Below are positions 48,336 through 59,614 of a stretch of 64,000 bases of DNA, piece by piece (position 1 is the stretch's first letter; each line of letters opens with the position of its first letter). Origin of the DNA: Pseudomonadota bacterium (GTDB lineage: Bacteria > Bdellovibrionota_B > Oligoflexia > Oligoflexales > CAIMVM01). The stretch covers positions 22,911 to 86,910 of the forward strand of contig JBAXBA010000004.1 of the NCBI GenBank assembly GCA_037142195.1, written 5' to 3'. Below the pieces are notes generated by a model. That model ran no database searches. It had not been told where the DNA came from and was given only the letters and a program-made list of their open reading frames with translations. The translations under genes were made by a program, and so were the position numbers.

Positions 48336-49502
48336 ATGAGTGATTTTTTAAAAACGGTTCTAACTTTTGTAAATGTATTGATTTTGGGAGGCATGCTCTC
48401 TTGCGGACGAGAAGAGACTTCCCAATTATATAGCGATGCGCAAAATGTTCCTTGGACACTTTGGTGTCAACAAGCGAAGCTCACAGATTGTGCGCCCTAT
48501 GCAGGGGGTATTTCCCAGCAGGTATGGGAAAGCTCCTTAAACATTGCTAAAACCTTAGTAAACTCCCCTTCTAAAATTCAGTTTCAGCGAGCAGATATAG
48601 AGCGTCCAGCCGTTCAAAGATTGTTTCAAGTATCGGGGGCGGAAGATATTCTACAAATCGTCGCTCAGATTCCGTGGCAAAATATAGGAATCGGCGGTGG
48701 ATTTGTGGGAATGGACAATCTAGGGGCTAAAGGTAAAATCTCCATAAATTCTCTGACACTAGTTACCACTGGCAAAAGTCAATTTGCCTGGAAATTGCCT
48801 TATGTGATCGATGTAGCAGGAGTTATCTTGTCTACGCCCTCGGGGGAACAATTAAATCTCTTAAAGATTGACTTCTCCAAAGCCGGACAGCTCTCATTTG
48901 TAACAAATACAAAAACAATATCTAATATTCCGATGGATTTCTTTGCATTGAGAAAGCATTCCAACACAGATTCATCAGCTGTAGACTCCGTGATCCGAGC
49001 GATATCAGATGTTATCTTTGAACCCGGATTTAATTGGCGCAATGCCGTCAACATAGCCCTTGATTCTTCGAATATTTCTGTCATACGCCAAGCACTTCAT
49101 AGACCTGATGCGGGAGTCGTTTTGAAGTTGGTGGATTCTGCTTTAGCAAATTCAAAAAGCTTCTTGATCGGGGGCACCTTTAGAAAAGAAGTCTTAAGTC
49201 TTGAGCTCAACAGCGCGGTCGATTGTAGTATGAAGTTTACTAACGTTCCTGTACTTGGCAATGTAACTGCTAACTTAAGTTTTGCGAAAAGGTTTGGTTT
49301 AGCGACCATGGCCAGGCAAGAAGCCAAAGTTATCAGTCAAGTTTACGGAATAAACACAACTCTTGGTAATCTCGAGAATGTGACTTTAGATGGTTCTAAG
49401 ATTGTCTTAAAGCTTGGCGTGATTTCTATCCCCCTCGACTTATCAAGCAAAGATACCAGTGGCCCTCAAGTGTCTGAAATTAATTGTGTCAATCGCATTT
49501 AA
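48336..49502 (+). CDS. Hypothetical lipoprotein
   Basis: Lipobox 'MLSC'; long ORF; no recognised domain. Confidence 0.7.
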   Translation: MSDFLKTVLTFVNVLILGGMLSCGREETSQLYSDAQNVPWTLWCQQAKLTDCAPYAGGISQQVWESSLNIAKTLVNSPSKIQFQRADIERPAVQRLFQVSGAEDILQIVAQIPWQNIGIGGGFVGMDNLGAKGKISINSLTLVTTGKSQFAWKLPYVIDVAGVILSTPSGEQLNLLKIDFSKAGQLSFVTNTKTISNIPMDFFALRKHSNTDSSAVDSVIRAISDVIFEPGFNWRNAVNIALDSSNISVIRQALHRPDAGVVLKLVDSALANSKSFLIGGTFRKEVLSLELNSAVDCSMKFTNVPVLGNVTANLSFAKRFGLATMARQEAKVISQVYGINTTLGNLENVTLDGSKIVLKLGVISIPLDLSSKDTSGPQVSEINCVNRI

Positions 49503-49564
49503 GGAAAGCTGGTGTTGAAATCCACTTGAAGTAAGTGGGAAACAAGTTCATTTTTTAGGACAAA

Positions 49565-49595
49565 AAAGCTGCGGAAATTTCGTTTCCGCAGCTTT
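49565..49595. terminator. Bidirectional intrinsic terminator between convergent genes
   Basis: AAAGCTGCGGAAA / TTTCCGCAGCTTT perfect stem. Confidence 0.85.
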
Positions 49596-49637
49596 ATTTA
49601 TGTGAGTTTGAAAATACAAAGAGCGATTTGTTTCAAT

Positions 49638-50675
49638 TCACTTTCCCCAGATTTCTTGTAAGCGCTTATCTCGACCACAGTTGTTTCGGTAGAACTTATA
49701 TCGAAGTGGATTCTTTGAGTGATAGTCTTGATGGTACTCTTCAGCGCGGTAGAATTCTGACAGAGGGCTCACTTTAGTATAAACATTTTTAAATTTCTTT
49801 TTCATTTCGGCAAGTGATGCTTCAGCAAGCTCTTGCTGATGGGGGGTCGAGTAGAAAATTTCAGTCCTATATTGACTTCCATGGTCACAGAATTGGCCGT
49901 TTTCAACCGTCGGATCAATGTTTTTCCAGTAAGTGGAAATAATTTGCTCCAGAGAGGCTTTTTTAGGATCGTAGGTCACTTCCACGACTTCCGCATGCCC
50001 AGATTTTCCTGATGATACAGCTTCATAACTAGGATTTTTGAGAGTCCCACCTGCATAGCCACTCACTACATCGATAACTCCCTCAAGTTTTTCAAAGGGT
50101 CCTTCCATACACCAAAAACATCCGCCAGCTAATACGATACTTTCTGTGGCTTTATTCAAGCCAGCGGGGGCGTCAGATTTTTTTTTTTCAAATAGAGGAA
50201 CAAATTTTTCATAACCCTCTTTGACTAAATCTTCTTTAGAAACAAATCTAAGGGACGCAGAGTTCATGCAGTAGCGCATTTTGGTGGGAGCTGGTCCATC
50301 GTTAAACACATGTCCCAAGTGGGAGTCCGCAATTTTTGATCTGACTTCCGTCCTCACGCTAAAGAAACTACGGTCAGATTTTTCTGTAACGTGTCCAGCT
50401 TCAAGAGGCTTGGTGAAGGAAGGCCAACCTGTTCCTGAATCGAATTTATCTAACGAAGAGAATAGCGGTTCACCAGAGACAATGTCGACGTAAATTCCTT
50501 CTCGGTGATTGTCCCAATACTCATTTTTAAAGGGAGGCTCTGTGCCTTCTTTTTGAGTGACCTTGTATTGAAGTGGGGAGAGCTTTGATTTTATGTCTTG
50601 ATCGGAAGGCTTTTTCCACTGCCCGTGTCCTGTCATAGATACCGCCATAAGAAAGAAGAAGAGAGTCGATTTCAT
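49638..50675 (-). CDS. msrAB: Exported bifunctional methionine sulfoxide reductase (MsrB-MsrA order)
   Basis: MsrB 'SGTGWPSF', 'HLGHVF', 'RYCMNS'; MsrA 'AGGCFWC', 'AEEYHQDY'; signal peptide. Confidence 0.93.
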   Translation of the reverse strand: MKSTLFFFLMAVSMTGHGQWKKPSDQDIKSKLSPLQYKVTQKEGTEPPFKNEYWDNHREGIYVDIVSGEPLFSSLDKFDSGTGWPSFTKPLEAGHVTEKSDRSFFSVRTEVRSKIADSHLGHVFNDGPAPTKMRYCMNSASLRFVSKEDLVKEGYEKFVPLFEKKKSDAPAGLNKATESIVLAGGCFWCMEGPFEKLEGVIDVVSGYAGGTLKNPSYEAVSSGKSGHAEVVEVTYDPKKASLEQIISTYWKNIDPTVENGQFCDHGSQYRTEIFYSTPHQQELAEASLAEMKKKFKNVYTKVSPLSEFYRAEEYHQDYHSKNPLRYKFYRNNCGRDKRLQEIWGK

Positions 50676-50683
50676 AATAAGCC

Positions 50684-51787
50684 TTACTTGGGAATGGTTA
50701 AAGTTACACAATGTAAAGACCCACCCGCTGCGATGATTCGGTCAGAGTTCAAAGGTATCACTTTATATCCAAGAGTTTCATAAGTTTGACGGGCCTCATT
50801 TTCGAGACGCCCCAATAGGTCTAAATCGGGATAGGATTCCGTGAGATGTGCGCTTTCTTTGTAACTAGGCATAAGTATTGTTTTTTCTAGAATGACGCTA
50901 TTGACATAGTTTCTAAAAAGTCTCGAACTTGGAGAAGGCATGGGAATTCTTATCACTTTAAAATGGAGTTTGTCTTCGAGGGTCTTCGCGATCTCGTTAA
51001 GCTTTCCCTGGACCGCCATGGTTTCATCCAAATTTAAGGCTTTATGTTCTTTGAGATGAGAAACCACATAGTCTGGGATTTGGGAAACCACAATCTGATT
51101 AGACGATAGGGGTTTAAGAATCATATCCATATGGGGGTGGGGTGAATTCGAAAAAATATGGGCGCGGCACCCAAACTCTTTGCCGATCATATCTGATATT
51201 CTTTCTTTCTCAGATTCCTGATTCGCGATGGCATTGGGGGAAGTGCGATCTATAAAGTCATCAGCTAAAAAACAATCATCTCTGGTGGCAACGAAGTTTC
51301 CGCCATCTACGGTGAAAGGAGTTTTGATTAAGGAGTCCTTAAAGTAAAGTGCTAGTTGCCATGGCAGAATATCATCGAGTGTGGGCTCTAATTTATAGTT
51401 AAAATCAGCAAATCCCAGCGTGGCTAATCCGCTTGATTTTTGAGTGATGTCGATATTGAGGGGAGCAAAGTCTCTAATCCACACTCCTGAATGAGCCATG
51501 GGTAGAAAAGCAACATCTGTGTTCTTCGCCTTAATTTCACCCCAATTTTCAACCATTGGGTTGAGATCTTCGAGTACCGAAACCTTGATGTTTTCTTTTT
51601 TGGCAGCAGCCATAAGTTCCGTAGCCAAGCTGCCAAACTCAAAAAGATGGCTGGAGATCATGATTTGTGAAATAGGCTCAAATTCGGGCCAGGGACTTAT
51701 GTCTTTTTGTTCTGGATGGGAAAGAAACCACCTCGAACCTAGGATCAAAGCAGATAAAACCCCCAAAGTATAGACGGCGACTTTCAT
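50684..51787 (-). CDS. Agmatine/peptidyl-arginine deiminase family protein with N-terminal signal/anchor
   Basis: 'WIRDF', 'DGGN', 'HMD', 'YVNS', 'GGSLHCVT'. Confidence 0.8.
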   Translation of the reverse strand: MKVAVYTLGVLSALILGSRWFLSHPEQKDISPWPEFEPISQIMISSHLFEFGSLATELMAAAKKENIKVSVLEDLNPMVENWGEIKAKNTDVAFLPMAHSGVWIRDFAPLNIDITQKSSGLATLGFADFNYKLEPTLDDILPWQLALYFKDSLIKTPFTVDGGNFVATRDDCFLADDFIDRTSPNAIANQESEKERISDMIGKEFGCRAHIFSNSPHPHMDMILKPLSSNQIVVSQIPDYVVSHLKEHKALNLDETMAVQGKLNEIAKTLEDKLHFKVIRIPMPSPSSRLFRNYVNSVILEKTILMPSYKESAHLTESYPDLDLLGRLENEARQTYETLGYKVIPLNSDRIIAAGGSLHCVTLTIPK

Positions 51788-51836
51788 AAGGTCCTTTCAC
51801 TTCGGCCATGAATTCTCTAAAGGATCCTGGGTAGTG

Positions 51837-52472
51837 TTACATCTCGGCACTGATTCCTGATGCCGAGTTCGCAGGCCTACCTAAATTAAGGGGCAACAAA
51901 TTGGTTGATACCGACTTATATCCTTTATGGGTTTCCACGAACGTCTTTATTTCGTCTATCGCATCAGAATCAAGATAGACCATCATAGGCTGATCTACCG
52001 TAAAAAACTTAGAAAGTGCATCTTTCACCCAAACATTCCATACGGGAGTGAGAGCAATATGGTCGAGTCTTGAAACAACTCCTCGACAGCCTGGAGCCCC
52101 GCAGGCACAAGTCAGATCGGTTTCAATATTGAAGAGTCCATACTCATCGACAATTTCTTCCCCAGGTTGGATATCGCGAATCGCAATTTCAAATCCCCAA
52201 CCAGTAGAAATCGTATTAGGTGAGCAGCTATGGTTTACATATTTTGAGTGATCCCAACCGATAATGTAACCTTCAGGCCCGGTGATATAACCATAGCGAG
52301 TGATAATTTCTCTATAGCGAGGATCCTTTAAAAGGGGAGAGTCCAGAGAAATCTTGACATCAAATGGATCGATGGTATAGACGATCGTGCCTTTGGGTAT
52401 AAACTTTGTAGCAACGACTCCAAGGCCTTTATCTTGATTGATGGGGGCCATCACCGTATTCGGGTGCATCAT
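51837..52472 (-). CDS. SET-domain protein lysine methyltransferase with post-SET Cys motif
   Basis: 'GLGVVA', 'YVNHSCSPN', 'RDIQPGEEIVDEY', 'CACGAPGCRG'. Confidence 0.9.
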   Translation of the reverse strand: MMHPNTVMAPINQDKGLGVVATKFIPKGTIVYTIDPFDVKISLDSPLLKDPRYREIITRYGYITGPEGYIIGWDHSKYVNHSCSPNTISTGWGFEIAIRDIQPGEEIVDEYGLFNIETDLTCACGAPGCRGVVSRLDHIALTPVWNVWVKDALSKFFTVDQPMMVYLDSDAIDEIKTFVETHKGYKSVSTNLLPLNLGRPANSASGISAEM

Positions 52473-53317
52473 AAATAATCGGTCTCCAGATTGGGAAATT
52501 TATAATAAATTTACTTAAATTCCTAAATCCAGCAACTACTATTTCACGAAGCCTCACAAAAGGACTTTGATCGCGAAACATTCCCTTCCGCATGGAAAGC
52601 TATTCCTACTCTTTTATAGATTTTGCTTTCCAAGGCCTGAAGGGCTCAGATGTCTTGCAGCAGGGAGTCTAGCTGCTGAAAGTGCGTGCACTTGCGGCTT
52701 CGTTTTGCTCATCAATAGAGAAGGCGCTCGAATACGATGGTAAGAGACATCTGTTTTATTGGTTTTATCCGCTGTTAAATGCGAGCGCGTCATTCCCATG
52801 GGGCTCGCCGGGAGCTACTACGAAACTCAAACCTTCGTAGCTGGTATTTAGGACCTAAAGTCAGGAACTATAAGTTTTACCCGACTACCACGGTCTGCAC
52901 TAAACCCGTGCATGCATATTCTGTTTTGCGAGGGCATTTTTTGGGGAATGAGTTAAAACTGCGTTAAAAAAGTCTGCTTTCGCAAGAAACACTAACAAAA
53001 ATTGCAATAGGATCCAGCGCCTTTCCTAACTCTTTTAGAGGGCGGCTTTGAGTTTTTTCTGCGTTTCTTTCATTTTATACCATGATCCTATCATAAAAAG
53101 TTAAACCGACACTTTTATGGCTCGCTCGTAGCATAAAATTGTGAAAAACTTGACCCACAAACGTGGAATAAAAAGACTGAAGCAGGAAATTCCAGTCTCG
53201 AATGTGTAAGGTTATTTGTGAATTAAAACTCTCACATTCCATAAAATCAGCGACTTAGTGAATTCCTCGAGGGGTACTTAAAAAAGTTTTTACCAATCTT
53301 TCACTTAAAGATTCCAG

Positions 53318-54889
53318 TCATTCCCACTCGATCGTTGCCGGTGGTTTGGAAGTTACGTCATAGAGGACGCGATTGATGCCATCGACATTTCTTACAATGC
53401 GGTCAGCGACCATAGTTAGAAAACTCATGGGAAGTTCTGCAACTCCTGCAGTCATGCCATCACTGGCGAGAACTGCGCGAAGGGAACAGGCGTATTGGTA
53501 GGTGCGATTGTCGCCCATGACTCCTACGCTCTTGACTGGTAATAGTACGACAAATGCTTGCCAAACCGCATCATAGAGATGATGCTCCCGAAGTGCTTTT
53601 ATAAAAATGTCATCCGCTTCTTGGCAAATGAGGGCTTTTTCGCGATCGACTATACCTGGTATCCGCACGGCTAGTCCGGGTCCTGGAAAGGGATGGCGGT
53701 CGATCATATCTGAGGGGAGTCCTAACTCTTTGCCAATTCTTCTAACTTCATCTTTAAAGAGAAATCGAAAGGGTTCTACAAGTTCCATGGCAAGTTTTTC
53801 AGGAAGCCCACCGACATTATGGTGGCTTTTGATAACCTTGGCTCCAGAACCGTGCCCAGCAGACTCGATAACGTCAGGATAAAGAGTGCCTTGTCCTAGG
53901 TGGGAGTATCCCTTTCCTTTGGCGTAAGCTTCAAACTCCTCAATGAATGCGTAGCCGATTATTTTTCGCTTGGCTTCCGGATCGCTTACTCCCGAGAGCT
54001 TTTGAAAAAAGCGGTCTTTGGCATCGATGACTTCGAGGTCAACACCCATCGCTTTCAAATTCGCAGAGACCCAGGGAACTTCATTCTTGCGCAGAAGCCC
54101 AGTGTCGATGAAGACACCCTTGACCCTATCAGGGCCTAAAGCTTTGGTGATTAGCGCGACCGTGACTGAGCTGTCCACACCGCCAGAGCAAGCGACAAGA
54201 ACTTTTCCTTTATTAACGGTTTGCTGGGCAGCCTGAATGGTGGCTTCCACCATAGAGTGTAGTTGCCAATTTCTAGGAGCTTTGCAAGCAACAGTAGCAA
54301 AGTTACTGAGAAGCTCAGACCCAAACTCAGAGTGTTGAACCTCGGGGTGATATTGCAGTCCTATCAAAGGTAAATGCTTGTGGGCGATGGCTGCTGCGAC
54401 ACCTTGATCTGTCTTAGCGACGAGCTCAAAATCACTGGGTAGTGTTTCCATGTCGTCGCCGTGGCTCATCCATACTGTGCAAGAGCTCGGAATATTTTTA
54501 AAGACTTGTTTGGCAATATCGGACTTAGGCGGGGCTATTTGAAGTAAAGATTTGCCAAATTCACGACTCTTACCTGAGCGAAGTTTGCCTGAAAACTCGG
54601 TGACCAAAAGTTGCATTCCATAACAAATGCCCAATACGGGTACTTTGGAAGTTAGCACCCAAGGAGGAAGCTGTCTTCCGCCCTCACTTACCGTATCTGG
54701 CCCACCAGAAAGGATGATACCAAAGGATTTAAAGTCTCTTGGAGCTTCCGTCTTAGCGCTTCCGTCGATGATTTCGGCGTAGAATCCTAGCTCACGCAAG
54801 CGACGCGTGATGAGAAGCGTATACTGAGAGCCATAGTCTAAAACCAAAATACCTTCGGATCTTGGGTGAATAAAAGCGGACATAAGCAT
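53318..54889 (-). CDS. guaA: GMP synthase (glutamine-hydrolysing)
   Basis: 'LDYGSQYT', 'GICYGMQ', 'SGGVDS', 'KSHHNVGG', 'KPPATIEWE'. Confidence 0.97.
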   Translation of the reverse strand: MLMSAFIHPRSEGILVLDYGSQYTLLITRRLRELGFYAEIIDGSAKTEAPRDFKSFGIILSGGPDTVSEGGRQLPPWVLTSKVPVLGICYGMQLLVTEFSGKLRSGKSREFGKSLLQIAPPKSDIAKQVFKNIPSSCTVWMSHGDDMETLPSDFELVAKTDQGVAAAIAHKHLPLIGLQYHPEVQHSEFGSELLSNFATVACKAPRNWQLHSMVEATIQAAQQTVNKGKVLVACSGGVDSSVTVALITKALGPDRVKGVFIDTGLLRKNEVPWVSANLKAMGVDLEVIDAKDRFFQKLSGVSDPEAKRKIIGYAFIEEFEAYAKGKGYSHLGQGTLYPDVIESAGHGSGAKVIKSHHNVGGLPEKLAMELVEPFRFLFKDEVRRIGKELGLPSDMIDRHPFPGPGLAVRIPGIVDREKALICQEADDIFIKALREHHLYDAVWQAFVVLLPVKSVGVMGDNRTYQYACSLRAVLASDGMTAGVAELPMSFLTMVADRIVRNVDGINRVLYDVTSKPPATIEWE

Positions 54890-54949
54890 CCTTTCAAGAG
54901 TTATTATAGATATTAAAAATGTTTGCGTTTTGGGCCCTTGGCTCTCAGG

Positions 54950-56440
<1,491 letters not shown>

Positions 56441-56859
56441 CTAGGTTGTTGGCTAGAGATTGTAGCATAACTCGAGGTCATGCGCAAACCATCAAACGAG
56501 TCGTTCTCGTCATCCACTCTATTTATGAGTTCATATGCAATGCGCTTTCTGTAGGGGGCTCAAAAAAACAGCGGGGAAAATTCTATATTTAGTGGGTGAA
56601 GGGAAATTTCTGAGTGATTCGCGAATTGCTATTTTTTAGTTGCAATTTTCTAGAATGCCTTCGAGTGCTCACGCATTAGATAGAGTCTTCTACTTTCTGA
56701 ATTTATGAGAGAGCCTTAAGTAGCAGGTAACCTACCAAATATATAAATGAATGAGGAAGTTTTCTGACTCATGCTTTGGCGCATCGCTTTCTAGGTTTGA
56801 ATTATCTGAGATCACGGGTTAAAATAGAGCAAACTTAAAGATTTATCAAAGGAGACGAA

Positions 56860-58011
56860 ATGAGCAAAATTATATTTTTTGCCGCTGTAGCCGCTTTTTT
56901 TGGCTGCAAAACACAACCTACTCTTGCCAATTCCAATAGTCTAACTACGGTGTATTCGATGACTATTTCCGATCAAGCCGCACTTATCTCCTCAGGATAT
57001 GGGTATGATTCAGGGTTTAAGGCGAGTTCTTCCAAGGTGGGCTCTGAGGATCCCCAAAGTAATGGCGGGGCGATAGTTTTGGATGCGATCAATCCTATTA
57101 TTGAACGAACAGTGGAAGAAAAATGGAAGGATCAGAAATCTGACTGTACGCTAAATTCAGGGTCTTACGCATTGGAAAGTCGTCCCCTTGTTTTTTCAAA
57201 TTTCTATTTTGTAAAGTTTTCACATCCTGTTTTCGACTGCCCGGTTACGGAGGGATTTATTCGAAAAACCAATGTGGAAATGAGCTCATCTCAACAAAAC
57301 ACCAGCCAAAATCGTGCCGCTCAAGATATTTCCTCTCAACCGAGTGGGTCGAATGTGGATCAGGGTGTGATCGTCATCAAGAACAGCACCGTGTGTGAGT
57401 TCTCCTGGGAAGAACGTCCAGGAACGACAGACTATACTCTCTATGATAGCTATTTGGGACGAAACTATTCTAAGCCTGACAGAAGCGCAGCATCGAGTCT
57501 TCAAGGGTCCAATATTTTAAGGGCAGGGAACACGGTGGATACCATGTGTTATAACGGGAAATTGTTAAAAGGCTGTTTTGCGCGTGCCATGCAAAAGGCA
57601 GGAGCGGATTCCCTATCTACGGCTTTTTTTACTTGGGCTAAAAATCGCGGTGTAGATCCTACCAGGTTAAAAATGGCGATTGCCATGCAGGAAACCAACC
57701 TTGGCGGTCTTAGTGACTCTTGTGCAGGGGGCTCTTGTAATGGAATTGGAATGAATCAAGTTATAACAATTGTTACGGATTCAGGTGAAACTACAAACTC
57801 TTCTGATAGGCCCGAGTGGACGGGGATTACCCACAATGTCCTTACGAATATGAAATATGGCATTCGAGTTTTGGCTTCAAAAATTAGAAGCAACAATCCT
57901 GCCGACATCAGAAGTTTAGCAAGGGCCTACAATGGCTCCTCTACAGCAGCGGCTTATGCAGAAGCAGTTGCCAGAAACTATAGCGAACTTCAGTCTAAGT
58001 GTGGCCTTTAA
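56860..58011 (+). CDS. Lipoprotein with C-terminal lysozyme/lytic-transglycosylase-like domain
   Basis: Lipobox 'FFGC'; 'AIAMQET', 'GIGMNQV', 'AYNG' resemble SLT motifs I-III. Confidence 0.62.
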   Translation: MSKIIFFAAVAAFFGCKTQPTLANSNSLTTVYSMTISDQAALISSGYGYDSGFKASSSKVGSEDPQSNGGAIVLDAINPIIERTVEEKWKDQKSDCTLNSGSYALESRPLVFSNFYFVKFSHPVFDCPVTEGFIRKTNVEMSSSQQNTSQNRAAQDISSQPSGSNVDQGVIVIKNSTVCEFSWEERPGTTDYTLYDSYLGRNYSKPDRSAASSLQGSNILRAGNTVDTMCYNGKLLKGCFARAMQKAGADSLSTAFFTWAKNRGVDPTRLKMAIAMQETNLGGLSDSCAGGSCNGIGMNQVITIVTDSGETTNSSDRPEWTGITHNVLTNMKYGIRVLASKIRSNNPADIRSLARAYNGSSTAAAYAEAVARNYSELQSKCGL

Positions 58012-58023
58012 AAGGATAAAACT

Positions 58024-59562
58024 ATGAAAGATCTCTCTTTTCTCCAGGATCTGGGAATGACAGGCTCCGAGCTTCCGGTTTCGACAGGGGTTCAGTCTTT
58101 TGGAGACCAGTCCCAAAAATTTTCTTCATTTTCTCCAGTGGATGGCAAGCTTATCGGAACCATCGGTAAAGCGAATCTTTCTGACTACCAAAAGATGATG
58201 ACTGAAGCTCTGAATGCTTCTGAAAAGTGGAGAAAAGTTCCGGCTCCTAAGCGCGGTGAAGTGGTGAGACAGATCGGAGATGAGCTGAGACGAAAGAAAA
58301 ATTCTCTGGGGATGCTCGTTAGCTATGAAATGGGTAAATCGCTTCAAGAAGGTCTTGGTGAAGTTCAGGAAATGATTGACATTTGCGATTTTGCAGTCGG
58401 ACTGTCGCGCCAACTTTATGGCAACACCATGCACTCGGAGCGCTTTGAGCATCGAATGTATGAACAGTGGCATCCTGTGGGGGTCGTTGGGATTATTTCT
58501 GCGTTTAATTTTCCGGTTGCGGTTTGGGCTTGGAATGCCATGCTAGCCATGGTTTGTGGAAATGCAACCGTTTGGAAGCCTTCGGAAAAGACGCCTCTTT
58601 CGGCAGTAGCTACATTTCATATTTTAAAGAGTGTCCTTTTAAAGAATCAAGTTCCCGAAGGGGTTTGTAATTTCATCGTTGGCGACGCTTTAGAAATCGG
58701 GGAAGCTTTAATTCATGATGCCCGCATTCCCGTGGTATCTGCAACAGGTTCCACAAGAATGGGGCGTCGAGTGGGCGAAGTAGTGGGGAAAAGGTTAGGC
58801 CGCTCTATTCTTGAACTTGGTGGCAACAATGCCATTATTTTAAGTCCCTTTGCGGATTTAAAGCTCGCTTTACCCGCCATAGTTTTTGGCGCCGTGGGGA
58901 CTTGTGGGCAGAGATGCACGACCACAAGACGGCTCATCGTTCATACCAGCCTTTACGAGAGTCTTAAAGAGCAGTTGGTCAAAGCCTATAGCTCGCTGCG
59001 TATTGGCTCCCCATTAGATGAGAACAATCACGTAGGACCTCTCATTGATCATGGGTCCAGGGATTTGATGCAGAAAGCCATCACCCAAGCCAAAGAGCAA
59101 GGTGGAAAGCTGCTTTATGGCGGAGACGTTTTAACTGGCCCTGGCTATGAAAGTGGCTGCTATGTTCGACCTGCTATCATCGAAGCTCGCCCTGATATGG
59201 AAATCGTTGGCGAAGAGACGTTTGCACCTATACTCTATCTTCTCAAATATTCCGGAAGTATCGAAGATGCGATTGGAATTCAAAACTCAGTAAAACAGGG
59301 ACTTTCCTCAGCACTATTTAGCCGCGATCTCCTGGAAGCGGAGAGATTTTTATCACACCTTGGTTCCGACTGTGGAATTGCCAATATCAATATTGGGACG
59401 TCTGGGGCTGAAATTGGCGGAGCCTTCGGCGGGGAAAAAGAAACCGGCGGGGGGCGAGAGTCAGGCAGTGACTCTTGGAAAGCCTACATGCGAAGGCAAA
59501 CGAACACCATAAATTATGGAGTCAGCGTACCTTTGGCACAAGGGATTAAGTTCGATATTTAA
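58024..59562 (+). CDS. Aldehyde dehydrogenase, ALDH7 / piperideine-6-carboxylate dehydrogenase-like
   Basis: 'GEVQEMIDICDFAVGLSRQL', 'LELGGNNA', 'GQRCT', 'GAEIGGAFGGEKETGGGRESGSDSWK'. Confidence 0.9.
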   Translation: MKDLSFLQDLGMTGSELPVSTGVQSFGDQSQKFSSFSPVDGKLIGTIGKANLSDYQKMMTEALNASEKWRKVPAPKRGEVVRQIGDELRRKKNSLGMLVSYEMGKSLQEGLGEVQEMIDICDFAVGLSRQLYGNTMHSERFEHRMYEQWHPVGVVGIISAFNFPVAVWAWNAMLAMVCGNATVWKPSEKTPLSAVATFHILKSVLLKNQVPEGVCNFIVGDALEIGEALIHDARIPVVSATGSTRMGRRVGEVVGKRLGRSILELGGNNAIILSPFADLKLALPAIVFGAVGTCGQRCTTTRRLIVHTSLYESLKEQLVKAYSSLRIGSPLDENNHVGPLIDHGSRDLMQKAITQAKEQGGKLLYGGDVLTGPGYESGCYVRPAIIEARPDMEIVGEETFAPILYLLKYSGSIEDAIGIQNSVKQGLSSALFSRDLLEAERFLSHLGSDCGIANINIGTSGAEIGGAFGGEKETGGGRESGSDSWKAYMRRQTNTINYGVSVPLAQGIKFDI

Positions 59563-59567
59563 GACTA

Positions 59568-59614
59568 TTTTTCCTTGCGCTTTTTCCTTGCGCTTTTTCC
59601 TTGCGTTTTTTCCT
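59568..59614. repeat. About 3.5 tandem copies of TTTTTCCTTGCGC filling a convergent intergenic gap
   Basis: Copies at 59568, 59581, 59594 and a partial running into the stop codon at 59613. Confidence 0.92.

Noticed and set aside
52840..52940. Purine riboswitch or group II intron domain V
   Set aside because: CCGACTAC is present but the rest of the aptamer is absent and it lies downstream of guaBA; the lower stem and catalytic triad of domain V do not form
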